Origin: a candidate division WOR-3 bacterium
GTDB lineage: Bacteria; Hydrothermota; Tepidihabitantia; Tepidihabitantales; Tepidihabitantaceae
NCBI GenBank assembly: GCA_039801225.1
Contig: JBDRUH010000033.1
Coordinates: 1 to 16,046, forward strand
Length of the DNA stretch: 16,046 nt
Direction of reading: 5' to 3'
The position numbers were made by a program, and so were the translations under genes. The stretch's first letter is position 1. Every line of letters begins with the position of its first letter. The notes under the pieces were generated by a model. It ran no database searches, had not been told where the DNA came from, and saw nothing but the letters and a program-made list of their open reading frames with translations. Shown here piece by piece: positions 15,811 to 16,046 of this stretch.

Positions 15811-15882
15811 ATTCAAAAGTCAGAATTCAAATTGCAATAGTTAAAACGATTGGAGATTTGGCTTTTGATTTCCCTGTTTTGC
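15811..15882. repeat. Degenerate heptamer tracts in opposing orientation
   Basis: ATTCAAA AGTCAGA ATTCAAA TTGCAAT AGTTAAA, then GATTTGG CTTTTGA TTTCCCT GTTTTGC. Confidence 0.45.
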
Positions 15883-15883
15883 T

Positions 15884-15966
15884 CTTCACCCCGTCATTTC
15901 CAACGAGCCTACGGCGAGTGGATGAATCCCACCGCTTGGGGCGGGCTCTGAAGGTGAAGGAATCTC
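15884..15966 (+). repeat. REP-like structured element (GTCATT...AATCTC type)
   Basis: GTCATT (15893) to GGAATCTC (15966). Nested complementary pairs CTTCACC/GGTGAAG and GAGCC/GGCTC, plus inner CCCACCGCTTGGGGCGGG. Confidence 0.5.
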
Positions 15967-16046
15967 TGGCAATGAGGTCAATAAGGTCTCTTTTAAGCCT
16001 TTGTGGTTGATGTTATGGGCAAATGGTGATGGAATTTTTACCTAAT

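Noticed and set aside
15250..16046. Replication origin
   Set aside because: AT-rich, but I found only one weak DnaA-box-like 9-mer (TTATCCAGC, 15338-15346), no box cluster and no dnaA/dnaN in view.

Overview
Bacterial chromosomal window, mostly housekeeping and metabolic genes. The gene content resembles candidate phylum WOR-3 or another FCB-associated anaerobe; that is an inference, not a search result. Left to right: 3' end of radC; a YfiM-like membrane protein; an orphan 155-aa gene; a minus-strand B12 operon (CobA/BtuR adenosyltransferase, MeaB GTPase, split acyl-CoA mutase); a CvpA-like protein; an FmdB zinc ribbon with an acidic tail; rimI; a 1235-aa secreted gingipain-type C25 protease; DUF554; lepB; and prfA-prmC-nadK-pgsA-like. 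The mutase has the Phe/Gln specificity residues of isobutyryl-CoA mutase rather than methylmalonyl-CoA mutase. The least explained part is the non-coding right end (15250-16046). It holds a ~280-bp degenerate array with strict 12-bp periodicity, preceded by face-to-face promoter motifs and followed by inverted repeats. Other patterns: TTGAC(T/A)-N16-(-10) promoters with several apparently leaderless genes, 7-bp repeat tracts inside housekeeping CDSs, two REP-like GTCATT...AATCTC elements, and a 15-bp inverted repeat bracketing the prfA operon.
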